Of a DNA stretch of 64,000 nt, positions 41,085 to 50,309 are shown piece after piece. Below the pieces are notes generated by a model. That model was not told the origin of the DNA, ran no database searches, and was given only the letters and a program-made list of their open reading frames with translations. Both the position numbers and the translations under genes were made by a program. Source of the DNA: Tolypothrix carrinoi HA7290-LM1 (lineage in GTDB: Bacteria > Cyanobacteriota > Cyanobacteriia > Cyanobacteriales > Nostocaceae); assembly GCA_019358935.1 (NCBI GenBank), contig JAHHIK010000024.1:1-64000 (forward strand), read 5' to 3'. Each line of letters opens with the position of its first letter. Position 1 is the first letter of the stretch.

Positions 41085-41659
41085 TGGTACGAATCGAACG
41101 GGAATCCATCAACTTCAAACTCCCCAAACCCTTAGCTGACGCACTTCGAGCCAAAGCTGCCGAGCTAGACACCACCGCTACCAATTTAGTCATCGAGGGG
41201 CTGCATCACATCCTGGGAGAGATTCCGGGTATAGAAGATAGTGTAGAAAATCGTCTACAACAACTCGAAGCTCAATTAAACCACCTCGCTAATAGTACAG
41301 ATAAGCGTGTAGACACTGATGTAGACAACAGACTTAGTTTGTTAGAGCAGAAACTAGAAGCACAAGCATTACAGTTGGCAAAAATTGAAGGAGTTATAAC
41401 AACCCTTAGTCAACAGCGTTCGCATACAGGTGGTGGCTACAGAAGGCAAGCTTTTAATTATCATCCCCCACAACTAGAACTTCAGCCTTACACGGGGGAA
41501 AATTTAGCTAAAAGATTGGGAGTTGATATCGCAACCCTAACAAGAGAGCGAGAAAACAACACCCAGGCTGAGTTTGAATCGTGGTGTCGTCGCAAAGACC
41601 CAAGTCCGGTGGGGTGGCGTTTTAACTCAAATTCGGGACTTTATCATCCCGTAAAGTAA
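41084..41659 (+). CDS. RHH-coiled-coil-HTH-like plasmid DNA-binding protein (gene flanking the insertion site)
   Basis: SINFKLPKPLADALRAKAAELDTTATNLVIEGLHHILG RHH pattern, coiled coil, LAKRLGVDIATL helix-turn-helix. Confidence 0.8.
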   Translation: MVRIERESINFKLPKPLADALRAKAAELDTTATNLVIEGLHHILGEIPGIEDSVENRLQQLEAQLNHLANSTDKRVDTDVDNRLSLLEQKLEAQALQLAKIEGVITTLSQQRSHTGGGYRRQAFNYHPPQLELQPYTGENLAKRLGVDIATLTRERENNTQAEFESWCRRKDPSPVGWRFNSNSGLYHPVK

Positions 41660-41822
41660 ATGGTGATGGGTTCTGTGTAAGCGTTGCGCTCTTGCGGCAG
41701 CGCAAATCGCTTTATAAAGGCTCATGTCGGAGCAATAATACTTATAACTTAGGTTTCTACCACAAGCTTACTCTCTTACACGATCGCTTAAACTTGCGTG
41801 TCATTCACCTTGACACCTATAC

Positions 41823-44800
41823 CTACGCTAATTCCATCTCTTTCCTTTTGCCTGATCCCCTGGAATTTGCTTCTAAGACAGGAGATTGTAGTTGGGCTGA
41901 TTTTGATGTCAGAATAATCATCTCTTGCAATTGCAGTGCCCCTGCATCTGAGAGGAGTAGGACTTCTTCTCCGGTATGAATATTGCCTTTGCAGATAGTT
42001 CGCTTGGATTCCGAACGCACAAAGAAATCACCATTGGGTTGCACGTAAGCAGTCCAACTGTTGCCAATTTTGAACTGTTTAGTTTCAGTATTATCAGGCT
42101 CTCTTTCTTGCCTGCGTTTGTACGTATTACTGACGGCTTCAAAGAGCAAATCTTGCATTTCTTTGCGCCAGTCTGAGCTAATGTTAGTCTGCGTGGTACT
42201 GTCTGTCTGGGTTTCGCTTTGGGCGTCTGGCAAGCGAATAGAATTAGGGTCAATATTGAGTACAACGGTAGCACCCAACGGTGACAATGAAGCTTGGAAT
42301 GTAGTGCCGATAGGTAGTTTAGGGGTATCAGGGGCGAAGGTTCCCAGATTTTTACCATCAATTTGAATAATGGGGATGCCATTGTAGCGGTAGAATTCTG
42401 GGTGCGATTCAGTCAGCTCAAAAGTGCCGACTTCTAGAGTGACTTTCTGCTTTTTCCATTTTTTATTAGCAAAGTCTTCATTCTTCAAGTCGTTGTATTT
42501 TATGCCTAGCACTTTGATTTCATCAAATTGAAACTGTTGTAGTTGATCTACAATTTCCTCCATGAATAAGTGGTAGGCGATCGCTCCTTTTCCCGGTTCA
42601 GTTCTCGATTCCACCCAGGCGCAATCAGCAGGTGGGACAATCATTACATTGTCCGGCATTTGAAGAGTGTCAATGTCGTTGTAGTTGTTGCCGTATTTAG
42701 CTTCTAGCTTTTCGATTTGTAATGGTGACAAGCTTTTTAAGGCAAACTCAACTAGCGGTAATCCTGGGTGAACTGTTGCCTCATATTCGATGCTTTTTTG
42801 GTCGAGGGATTCTTTCCATTCTTGAACTTTCTTTCCAAATGGAACTTGCAGGACATAGATATCTCGCGGGAGTGCCTCATGGAGTAACTCGTAGTCTGGT
42901 TCAAGGGAAAATGTCATTTTGAGCGTTTTGGCAATCTTTAGACATTCCTCTTTGTGGCTATCGATGTCAAGTTTGGTATGTTGCGTATGCCAAGTAGCAG
43001 CAGCGGCGCGAAAACGTTCTTCTTTTGTGGGGAATAACTCATCGATTTCGGCACGGTAGCTATCGTAGAGTTTCCCTAACTCTTCATTGAAAACGTCTTT
43101 GTCGTCTCCAATTCGTTGGGCGATCGCCGCAATATCTTGTTTAGATCGTTTTTTGAGTTCTTCAGCCCATTCGAGTTCATCTACGCCGAATGTCTCTTTC
43201 GGAAACAGATACCGAAATTCGTGGCGTTCTCGGTGTCGAATACGTGTCGCTTCCCAGTGGGGATTTACCGCTTCTCTTGGGATTACATTAATCGGGTTCG
43301 GTTCCTCAGCAGGCATAGGAAAAGTTTTGTAAAGTCGGTTGTCTTTTTTGAAGTCGAAGAAGTAACTTGGATGAGCTTCCGACCATTTTTTCGAGTCTGG
43401 TAGCAAGTTTTCCCCGTCGATTTCCTTGATATCCTCCAACCGTTCTGCACTTTTTTGGTAATCAACTTCAGGCTGTAATGCTATGAACAGGCGATTTAGC
43501 AATCTTGTTTTCTTGCGCTCAAACAGTCGGGGGTTTTCATCTTCATTCGGGACTGATGATTGGACTCTTCCAATTGTTGTGGCGACTAAACCAATTTTAT
43601 TCTGGGAACTGGCTGCGGCTATGCTTGACAAAGTTCTATATTTTTGCTTACCCTGAGCATCTTTGACTGCGGTGTAGGGAACTTTAGGGCGTTGTTTAAC
43701 TTCAGCATAGCGCCTGGGTTCTCCGGCGCGTAGAGTTTCAGCAGCAATCTGGGGTAGCATTTTAGATGGAGCAACTACCATTTGGTCGCCGTCAAAGTCA
43801 GCTTGGTGGTATTCTTCAGCGTCTTTTGGCTGCATGAAGACAACACCTTTGTATTTCATTAGTTCTAGTTTGTGAACATTTGTATAACGTCTGATGTTAT
43901 CGCTGGAGACAATTGGAAAGCGAGTGGTGATAATATCGCCTTCGCTTAGGTGAGGTACGCAGATTGTTCCTCTTTCCAAGTCTGTACATGGCATAGCCAT
44001 CCCAGAACTAAATTTGAAAGCTCCCTTGATTGCCAAGTCACACCAGCGATTGGCAACGTATTGTCGCATAGCATCAGCAACAAAGGGGCTGTCGATCAAA
44101 AGACCAAATTTATCGTTGCGTAGCAGAGTAACGAGCCGTAATTCTTGTTGTTCTTGATTTTTGTCAGTATTTTCACGTTCTAATGAGTCATCAACTGAGA
44201 GTGCAGCATATTCCCTGGCACGCTGTTGTTTCTTGTCGTACTCTTCAACAATGTGTTTAGCTAAAGCGAGGGGGTTGCGTTGGAGCTTGGCTAGTTTTTC
44301 GGCTTCTTTTCGAGTTGGTTCTACGAAGTCTTTCTTGAGAGCCTCTTCGCTATACCAAATGCTAAATTGCCAGCTGTTGTCATAGTCGATTACTTTAGCA
44401 TTACCCCGGTTGCCCAAAGCACTTCTGGGTAACTCATATTCGCCGCAAGGGATTAAATCAAGTAAAAGAGTTTTCTTAATCCCTTTAATTGAGGAGCGAT
44501 CCATAACAATATCAAACCCCTCTGCTTCTAAAGTGGCATTGGGTAGTAAAGTGCCTTTAGCCAAGAAACTAGTTAAGGATTGCTCCGGATTATCTGCCCA
44601 GTTTTCTAGCCAAGCAAAGCGAAATTGGAAGGGTCGGTTAGCTAAACCTCCCATGAGTTTAACAAGGCTAGGTGATACTTGTCCATGACAGTCTCCGGTT
44701 TTATATTTTTCGGCTTCAGCTTTCTCTTTGGGGTCTTTGCTGTTATAGTCCACAATTTTGATTCGTAGACCTTCAATTTGCTCTGCTCCCTTAAAGCAAT

Positions 44801-45158
44801 TACTGACCAACAGAGAACCGTAGCGACAGGCAGTATCTTCTTCAGTTTGGAAGATTTTGCCTATTTTGGCGCGTAGTTCATCATCTGCAAAGTAGTAGTT
44901 ATTGCCAGAACTAAAGGTGAGTTGTCGTTTGACACCATCGAAGGTTTTGGGTTTTAGATGTTTAGGGTCAGGGTTTTTCGAGTTAATTTTGACCAGTACG
45001 AGAGATTCGAGTTCTTCTGGCTCAAACATGAGTTCCAGAAGAGAGTTTTTGATAATTTCTGGTTCAGAAAGGAACCTTCCTTTACCGTTGTTATAAGAAC
45101 CGTCGAAAACTTTAATTTTGAGACCGATGTTTTGAGCGACTTCTGTTGTTGGTATCAT
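41823..45158 (-). CDS. Single-subunit two-barrel RNA-polymerase-like protein (YonO/cellular RdRP-related)
   Basis: Ordered motifs GDCHG..., PFQFR, AKGTL, DRSSIKG, then TRFPIV and HQADFDGD (DFDGD at 43785-43799). Confidence 0.75.
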   Translation of the reverse strand: MIPTTEVAQNIGLKIKVFDGSYNNGKGRFLSEPEIIKNSLLELMFEPEELESLVLVKINSKNPDPKHLKPKTFDGVKRQLTFSSGNNYYFADDELRAKIGKIFQTEEDTACRYGSLLVSNCFKGAEQIEGLRIKIVDYNSKDPKEKAEAEKYKTGDCHGQVSPSLVKLMGGLANRPFQFRFAWLENWADNPEQSLTSFLAKGTLLPNATLEAEGFDIVMDRSSIKGIKKTLLLDLIPCGEYELPRSALGNRGNAKVIDYDNSWQFSIWYSEEALKKDFVEPTRKEAEKLAKLQRNPLALAKHIVEEYDKKQQRAREYAALSVDDSLERENTDKNQEQQELRLVTLLRNDKFGLLIDSPFVADAMRQYVANRWCDLAIKGAFKFSSGMAMPCTDLERGTICVPHLSEGDIITTRFPIVSSDNIRRYTNVHKLELMKYKGVVFMQPKDAEEYHQADFDGDQMVVAPSKMLPQIAAETLRAGEPRRYAEVKQRPKVPYTAVKDAQGKQKYRTLSSIAAASSQNKIGLVATTIGRVQSSVPNEDENPRLFERKKTRLLNRLFIALQPEVDYQKSAERLEDIKEIDGENLLPDSKKWSEAHPSYFFDFKKDNRLYKTFPMPAEEPNPINVIPREAVNPHWEATRIRHRERHEFRYLFPKETFGVDELEWAEELKKRSKQDIAAIAQRIGDDKDVFNEELGKLYDSYRAEIDELFPTKEERFRAAAATWHTQHTKLDIDSHKEECLKIAKTLKMTFSLEPDYELLHEALPRDIYVLQVPFGKKVQEWKESLDQKSIEYEATVHPGLPLVEFALKSLSPLQIEKLEAKYGNNYNDIDTLQMPDNVMIVPPADCAWVESRTEPGKGAIAYHLFMEEIVDQLQQFQFDEIKVLGIKYNDLKNEDFANKKWKKQKVTLEVGTFELTESHPEFYRYNGIPIIQIDGKNLGTFAPDTPKLPIGTTFQASLSPLGATVVLNIDPNSIRLPDAQSETQTDSTTQTNISSDWRKEMQDLLFEAVSNTYKRRQEREPDNTETKQFKIGNSWTAYVQPNGDFFVRSESKRTICKGNIHTGEEVLLLSDAGALQLQEMIILTSKSAQLQSPVLEANSRGSGKRKEMELA

Positions 45159-45305
45159 TGTTAAATTGTTGTTGTTAACTATAAAAATATGCGTTTTATA
45201 GGCTTAACATAGGACAAGTCTGTTAGTGATTAGTCGTTAGGAGGATTCTGGAGGTAAGTAAGGCACCTAGTATTCACCGAAAAGTCATTTTGAGGAAATG
45301 CGATT

Positions 45306-45536
45306 ATGTACATTGGTAATGGGCGGAGTGGAAAACCACATTATTTGAAAGTTTCGGACTTTGAACTGGAGAGCGATGGGCTGTTAGAGGATGAAGGTCT
45401 GGCTGAAGTTGTAGAAATTTCTCCTGGCGAGCTGGAGAAGATAGGAGCAAGGATTGGTAAAGTTAGGTTTGAGCGGGACAATATGGAAGTGGATGAGCGG
45501 CTCAACCTTTATCCGGACGATATAGACCGGGTTTGA
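45306..45536 (+). CDS. Small acidic hypothetical protein
   Basis: 76-aa ORF with gagg RBS, upstream of the kinase gene. Confidence 0.35.
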   Translation: MYIGNGRSGKPHYLKVSDFELESDGLLEDEGLAEVVEISPGELEKIGARIGKVRFERDNMEVDERLNLYPDDIDRV

Positions 45537-45616
45537 TGGTATTCCCTCCGAGTGTGACAGTTGTCACACTCGGTGGCTTCCTTGGGGATTTGCTTTTATA
45601 GCACGGTATCGACATT

Positions 45617-46543
45617 ATGACTAACGAGTTTGATATTATCGTCGTACCCGGCGATGCCGCCGAAGCTACTGAGGCGATGGGAACCAAATTCAAATTCTGG
45701 TTTTACCACCCGGAACTAGGCTATTGTCTTTATAAGCAAGCTCGACCTAATACAGGTGAAGACTGGGCAGAAAAGATAGCGGCTTCGTTGTGTGAGTTAC
45801 TCAAAGTGCCCCATGCCCGTATTGAACTGGCTACCTGGAACAACGGTCGTGGTACGGTGTCACCATCATTTCTATCTAATGGTTCCTCACTCATTCTTGG
45901 TAATGAGATTCTTGCTCCAATGGTGCCGGAGTATCCCCGATTCCAAGCTTTTAATGTGTCGCAACACACCCTTGATGTTGTGCTGGCAGCCATTAGTAAT
46001 AATGCAGTCAATCTGCCTTTGAACTGGATACCACCAGCAGGTATCCAGACAGCAGTAGATACTTTTGTTGGCTACTTACTGTTGGATGCTTGGATTGGTA
46101 ACAGCGACAGGCATCACGAAAATTGGGGGTTTATAGAAACATCTTTAGATGCCTCTACACAGAAGAGAATGTTTCATCTTGCACCCACCTACGACCACGC
46201 TTCCAGCCTAGGTCGGGAAATGCTGGACAGCAAGCGACTGGAGCGACTTCTCAATCGCTCTGTCTCAGCCTATGTAGACAAATGCAGATCGGCGCTATAT
46301 GCTCAAATTGGGGATAAAAAAGCCTTGAGACCTCTGGATGCGTTTTGTGAAGCAGCGCAACAGGCAACTAATGCAGCTTCAGTGTGGTTGGAGTGCTTAA
46401 GTTGTGTGTCCTCCACAGAAACGCTGGCACTATTTAACCGCGTGCCATCGAACCGGATTTCAGAAACGGCGATCGCTTTTGCTCAGGATATACTGGAAAT
46501 AAATCAACGCCGACTGCTTGAACTGCGGGAGGAACTACTGTGA
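45617..46543 (+). CDS. HipA-like Ser/Thr kinase
   Basis: MGTKFKFW, LYKQARPNTGEDWAEKIA, LDAWIGNSDRHHENWG, LAPTYDHASSLG. Confidence 0.88.
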   Translation: MTNEFDIIVVPGDAAEATEAMGTKFKFWFYHPELGYCLYKQARPNTGEDWAEKIAASLCELLKVPHARIELATWNNGRGTVSPSFLSNGSSLILGNEILAPMVPEYPRFQAFNVSQHTLDVVLAAISNNAVNLPLNWIPPAGIQTAVDTFVGYLLLDAWIGNSDRHHENWGFIETSLDASTQKRMFHLAPTYDHASSLGREMLDSKRLERLLNRSVSAYVDKCRSALYAQIGDKKALRPLDAFCEAAQQATNAASVWLECLSCVSSTETLALFNRVPSNRISETAIAFAQDILEINQRRLLELREELL

Positions 46544-47295
46544 AAATGCTCTTTCTAGCTTGGCAAGACCCAGTTAGTCGCGCTTGGTTTCCCATTGGTC
46601 GCTTATCTAGTGATGGAACCACCTATCAATTTGTTTATACTCAAGGAGTCCAAGTGGCGCAGCAACAGTGCGCCTTTCAGCCATTGCCGTCTTTCCCAGA
46701 CTTAGACTTGGTGTACTTTTCGCCAGAATTGTTTCCATTATTCGCTAACCGCCTTCTACGTCGAAGCAGACCGGACTACGCTGATTTCGTACAGTGGTTA
46801 AACCTCTCCACCCACGAAGATGACCCAATCGCTTTGCTTGCTCGCAGTGGGGGACAACGGGCTACCGATACGTTTTTTGTCTTGCCTGCAAGTGAGCAGG
46901 ATGGGAATGGAGTTTACCACATTCACTTTTTTGTTCACGGTCTACGCTATCTGCCTTATGAAACTATTAATCGGATTAGCCACTTACAGACGGGCGAACT
47001 GTTGCGTCTTGTTCGCGACACATATTCTGATGAAGAACGTGGTTTGATTTTGTGTACTGAAGACCGTTACATTGTGGGCTACAGTCCTCAATATCTTTTA
47101 GATGATAGCTTTGAGATGCTGCGCTCTTTACTAAACTGCGTGCAAGTTGCCGTTGAGCGCGTCAATCCACCCCCCACACCCCTCCAGTTTCGGTTGCTTT
47201 GTCACCTGAGTGCCTGTTTGCCAGAAAACTTTCGTCCTTTCTCCAGTTCGATTTACCAACCACTGGTTGATATGGTAGCGGCTAGCCCGGTTTAG
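46540..47295 (+). CDS. HipS/HipA_N-like plus HIRAN domain protein
   Basis: Overlaps the kinase stop (GTGA). N-domain FVYTQG...ELFPLFANRL...RPDY. C-domain FFVHGLRY...LQTGELLRL...IVGYSPQY. Confidence 0.75.
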   Translation: MKMLFLAWQDPVSRAWFPIGRLSSDGTTYQFVYTQGVQVAQQQCAFQPLPSFPDLDLVYFSPELFPLFANRLLRRSRPDYADFVQWLNLSTHEDDPIALLARSGGQRATDTFFVLPASEQDGNGVYHIHFFVHGLRYLPYETINRISHLQTGELLRLVRDTYSDEERGLILCTEDRYIVGYSPQYLLDDSFEMLRSLLNCVQVAVERVNPPPTPLQFRLLCHLSACLPENFRPFSSSIYQPLVDMVAASPV

Positions 47296-47306
47296 GAAAG
47301 GTCAAC

Positions 47307-48143
47307 TCACAGTGTTTGAATCGCTTTGAAGACGGACTCTTGGGTGAGGTAGAGCGATCGCATACTGGCACTTGCCGAATCGAAGTAAGTGGCGAAGCGT
47401 TTTAATTCCCCCGTTGTTAGTTGAATTAAATAATCAGTGGCAACTGCTGCTACTTGTTGGTTGATGCTCAAGCTTTGAGTATTGAGTAGCGCCATTTGTT
47501 CGCATGATAAATTGTTGTCCTGCAATTCCTCTGGTAGTGGAACCAAAAGTTCTGGATGTTGGATTGTTGGCGAGGGGATTTGGCTACAGCCAAGGGGTCC
47601 AAAGGTATAATCTTGCGGGGCATTAGATAGATTTGAACCTAATAAAACCTGTCCGCTACTTTTACTATTCCCACAGTCTAAATACCAGATTGAAGGAGCC
47701 TGATTAGAATTGTAATCGTTATGTTTCAGCACTTGTGAAAGTGACTCTCGCGCCGAAGCATTATCCACGCACCCAATAATAATTGACAGTGTTTTGTACC
47801 CTGCTTGTACCATTTTTGGGTGAAAGCGTTTGGTTATTGCTTTAATTTCCATCCCCCAGGCAATTGAATATCTTAGAGCTAATGTTTGGGCTTTGAGCAA
47901 GCCGATTTCTTTATAGCAGAAGCACTGCCTTAGTACATTAGCTTCTTCGACAACATCATGATCTACGAAAGTGACTTGCACCTCTTTACCCGTATTGCTT
48001 AAGCTACAAGCAAGTCGAACAACACTCGCAGCAAGCCAACTCCCAGTCCCTCCCATTCCAACGACCCAAAATTCAATGCGGGAGTGTTGTAAAAGAATTA
48101 GCTTTGATGCGTTAACAAAATCATAGTAATGGTTCATGTTCAT
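47307..48143 (-). CDS. ThiF/E1-like adenylyltransferase (PRTRC-type)
   Basis: VVGMGGTGSW, VDHDVVEEANVLRQ, KAQTLA, IIGCVDNASAR, YLDCGN...GQVLLG, LSCEQ. Start reassigned to 48143. Confidence 0.92.
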   Translation of the reverse strand: MNMNHYYDFVNASKLILLQHSRIEFWVVGMGGTGSWLAASVVRLACSLSNTGKEVQVTFVDHDVVEEANVLRQCFCYKEIGLLKAQTLALRYSIAWGMEIKAITKRFHPKMVQAGYKTLSIIIGCVDNASARESLSQVLKHNDYNSNQAPSIWYLDCGNSKSSGQVLLGSNLSNAPQDYTFGPLGCSQIPSPTIQHPELLVPLPEELQDNNLSCEQMALLNTQSLSINQQVAAVATDYLIQLTTGELKRFATYFDSASASMRSLYLTQESVFKAIQTL

Positions 48144-48840
48144 CCAAAGAATTATCCAGAATTGGAGAATTAGTATTCGAGTAAAATTTGTAGGCAATTG
48201 CTGAGTCACAAGAGATGTCGTGCATAAACTCAGGTAGTTCAAAGACGTTGCTTGCAGGGATATCCCAGTAGTTTCTGAAAATTCCCACTCTGACTCGGAT
48301 TTCAGGTTCTTTGGTGTTGACTCGCCCCAAAACAGCATAGATGCGGAACCCTCCTTCGTCAGCATCATCGGTTGTTGAGAAGAAGGCTTTCATTGCATGA
48401 TGAGAATGCACGTCCACAGTAGCGTTGTGGAACGAAGAATCGCCGTCAAATCTGGTTGGTTGACAGCTTGCGCTATGTTGAGTTTGGTCTGGTATTTCCA
48501 AGCGCCAATTGTTCTGTTCATAGTGAATGTGAAAAGCAATTTCTACTGCACCTTGAGCGTTACAAGCGAGGCAACTGCGTCGCCACATTTCTAGCAATAT
48601 TGTTTTAGGAATCTTATTTGGTTTGAGTTGCAAATAAGGTTCAATAATTGGCAATCCTCGGATATTTTCTCTGTAGTATTCCACGGGCATCAATACTTCT
48701 AATCCTGGGCGGATGCCTCTAATGAATACTCCATTCCCAGCAAAAAGATATTCAAACAGAGAACTGGTATGAGATGGTAAAGGGAGTTGACGGACAATTT
48801 TGTAGTCAACTATTTCCTCAAAATTAACTAGCTGAATCAT
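48121..48840 (-). CDS. JAB/MPN metallopeptidase (PRTRC protein A-like)
   Basis: YLFAGNGVF, VEIAF and DVHSHHAMKAFFSTTDDADE (HSH-x7-S-xx-D JAMM motif). Confidence 0.9.
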   Translation of the reverse strand: MIQLVNFEEIVDYKIVRQLPLPSHTSSLFEYLFAGNGVFIRGIRPGLEVLMPVEYYRENIRGLPIIEPYLQLKPNKIPKTILLEMWRRSCLACNAQGAVEIAFHIHYEQNNWRLEIPDQTQHSASCQPTRFDGDSSFHNATVDVHSHHAMKAFFSTTDDADEGGFRIYAVLGRVNTKEPEIRVRVGIFRNYWDIPASNVFELPEFMHDISCDSAIAYKFYSNTNSPILDNSLDEHEPLL

Positions 48841-49534
48841 CGGCAATTTCTGAAAATAAAGTTGCAATGGTAGCCTTTTTATCTAAAGGCACAAGGTCTT
48901 TGAGCGGGTAAGTGCAGTTTTTCTGCTGATGCAAAGCTAAAAGTTGATCGCGGACATCATTTGTATGGTGCTTCGATTTGCCATTACTTAAATGGGAATT
49001 AAACGGACTAGAAATGAAAAGATTCCAAGCTTGATTAATGGATTGGGCAGAAGCAGATGGGGGTTGATTTTTACCCCAGCAAACTTTTCCCCACGGCGTG
49101 TACACATTTGGCAGTGGGGCATGGAAAAGGCTGGCATCAGGGTCGAATATCTTAATTTTGGTTGCCCATAACCAGTAGGTAAAATTTTTGCCGACAAATA
49201 TCATTGCAGGCATTGGAATTTGAACTTGCCCTAGTTCGTCACAGTCAAGTAGTGTTCTTTGTGGCGGGACGAATTTAACTACCCATTCCCCAGAGTTGCT
49301 AGTACAAGTGCGAACTACACCTTCACCTATCCAACCAGAGTCGATAGGTTCATTGCTAAAGGCGATGCGTAGTGCCGTTGGTGAGAGACATTTGTAGTGT
49401 GATTTTTCTCCAGATTGGTAATGCAGGATGTAAGTGCCATCAAGGATTAGTAGCTCGGCTTTGATTGCAGATAAGCTTCTGGGAGGGTCTTGTAAAAGCT
49501 CCCTGATTATTTCAGCAGTGATGATGTGTTCCAT
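48824..49534 (-). CDS. Prokaryotic E2 family D protein (PRTRC protein B-like)
   Basis: IPMPAMIF, LFHAPLPNVY...GKVCWG with putative catalytic Cys, FISSPFNSH. Confidence 0.85.
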   Translation of the reverse strand: MEHIITAEIIRELLQDPPRSLSAIKAELLILDGTYILHYQSGEKSHYKCLSPTALRIAFSNEPIDSGWIGEGVVRTCTSNSGEWVVKFVPPQRTLLDCDELGQVQIPMPAMIFVGKNFTYWLWATKIKIFDPDASLFHAPLPNVYTPWGKVCWGKNQPPSASAQSINQAWNLFISSPFNSHLSNGKSKHHTNDVRDQLLALHQQKNCTYPLKDLVPLDKKATIATLFSEIADDSAS

Positions 49535-50307
49535 ATTCCCAAAACTAGTTCAAAGTGGTTTATAAGGTCTTGCTCCAGCCATTCGATAAGGTGATAAACT
49601 TGGTCGAGGATTACCTTGGCATTTTGCCATTCCCTCTGTAAAAATTTGATGTTTTCAATTGTCCAAAGTAATGAAACTTCTGGTTCATTTGTTGCACAAT
49701 AATCCAGCCAAATGTTATTGCTTTCATAGTCAAGAAGTTGCAATGCCAAGGGTAAGAATTTTAAAGGTTTGGCAGCACGACAGGATAGTTTTTTTAACAA
49801 TTGAGCGTTAATATCTTTGGGGTGTGCGATCGCCTGCCATGACACCCCAAACTCGCACTCATACCAATCAGTGCCTTCCGCTGACTCAAGCCAGTAATAT
49901 CCTTCTGTGCTTAAAGGAAGAAGAATTTGCCATCCAGACCGCAATGATTCAATGTCCTCGTGTCCGATCCAATCGCAGCCCATTGGCATAAGTGGAATTT
50001 GGTAGAAGCGTTCTTCATAGGCGTTTTCTATTTGTAACTCTGAGATGGGAAATAGGTTTTGGCTGACTAGATATAAAAACTCGATTTCAAGGGAACTGTG
50101 ACTGTCAGGGTTATTTAGGTCTTTGGGGTAGGGTGCAGCTGTACTGTTCTTAAATTCATCTGGGAATAAGTGTTGATATAACGCCAGCAGTCGGTAGCTA
50201 TTGAAACGGTTTTCTAAATAGTCAACCGCTTGGTTAGTGTCAAGAATTCTTTGGCACTGTCGCAAGCGGTGAATCGCTGATAACGCATTTAAAAGAGAAG
50301 GTAACAT
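49507..50307 (-). CDS. Cassette-associated hypothetical protein (position of PRTRC protein F)
   Basis: Overlapping, co-oriented ORF between the Ubl and E2 genes. Confidence 0.6.
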   Translation of the reverse strand: MLPSLLNALSAIHRLRQCQRILDTNQAVDYLENRFNSYRLLALYQHLFPDEFKNSTAAPYPKDLNNPDSHSSLEIEFLYLVSQNLFPISELQIENAYEERFYQIPLMPMGCDWIGHEDIESLRSGWQILLPLSTEGYYWLESAEGTDWYECEFGVSWQAIAHPKDINAQLLKKLSCRAAKPLKFLPLALQLLDYESNNIWLDYCATNEPEVSLLWTIENIKFLQREWQNAKVILDQVYHLIEWLEQDLINHFELVLGIWNTSSLLK

Positions 50308-50309
50308 TG

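Noticed and set aside
48144..48368. N-terminal extension of the ThiF ORF
   Set aside because: Overlaps the JAB gene in another frame; a better start exists at 48143/48137.
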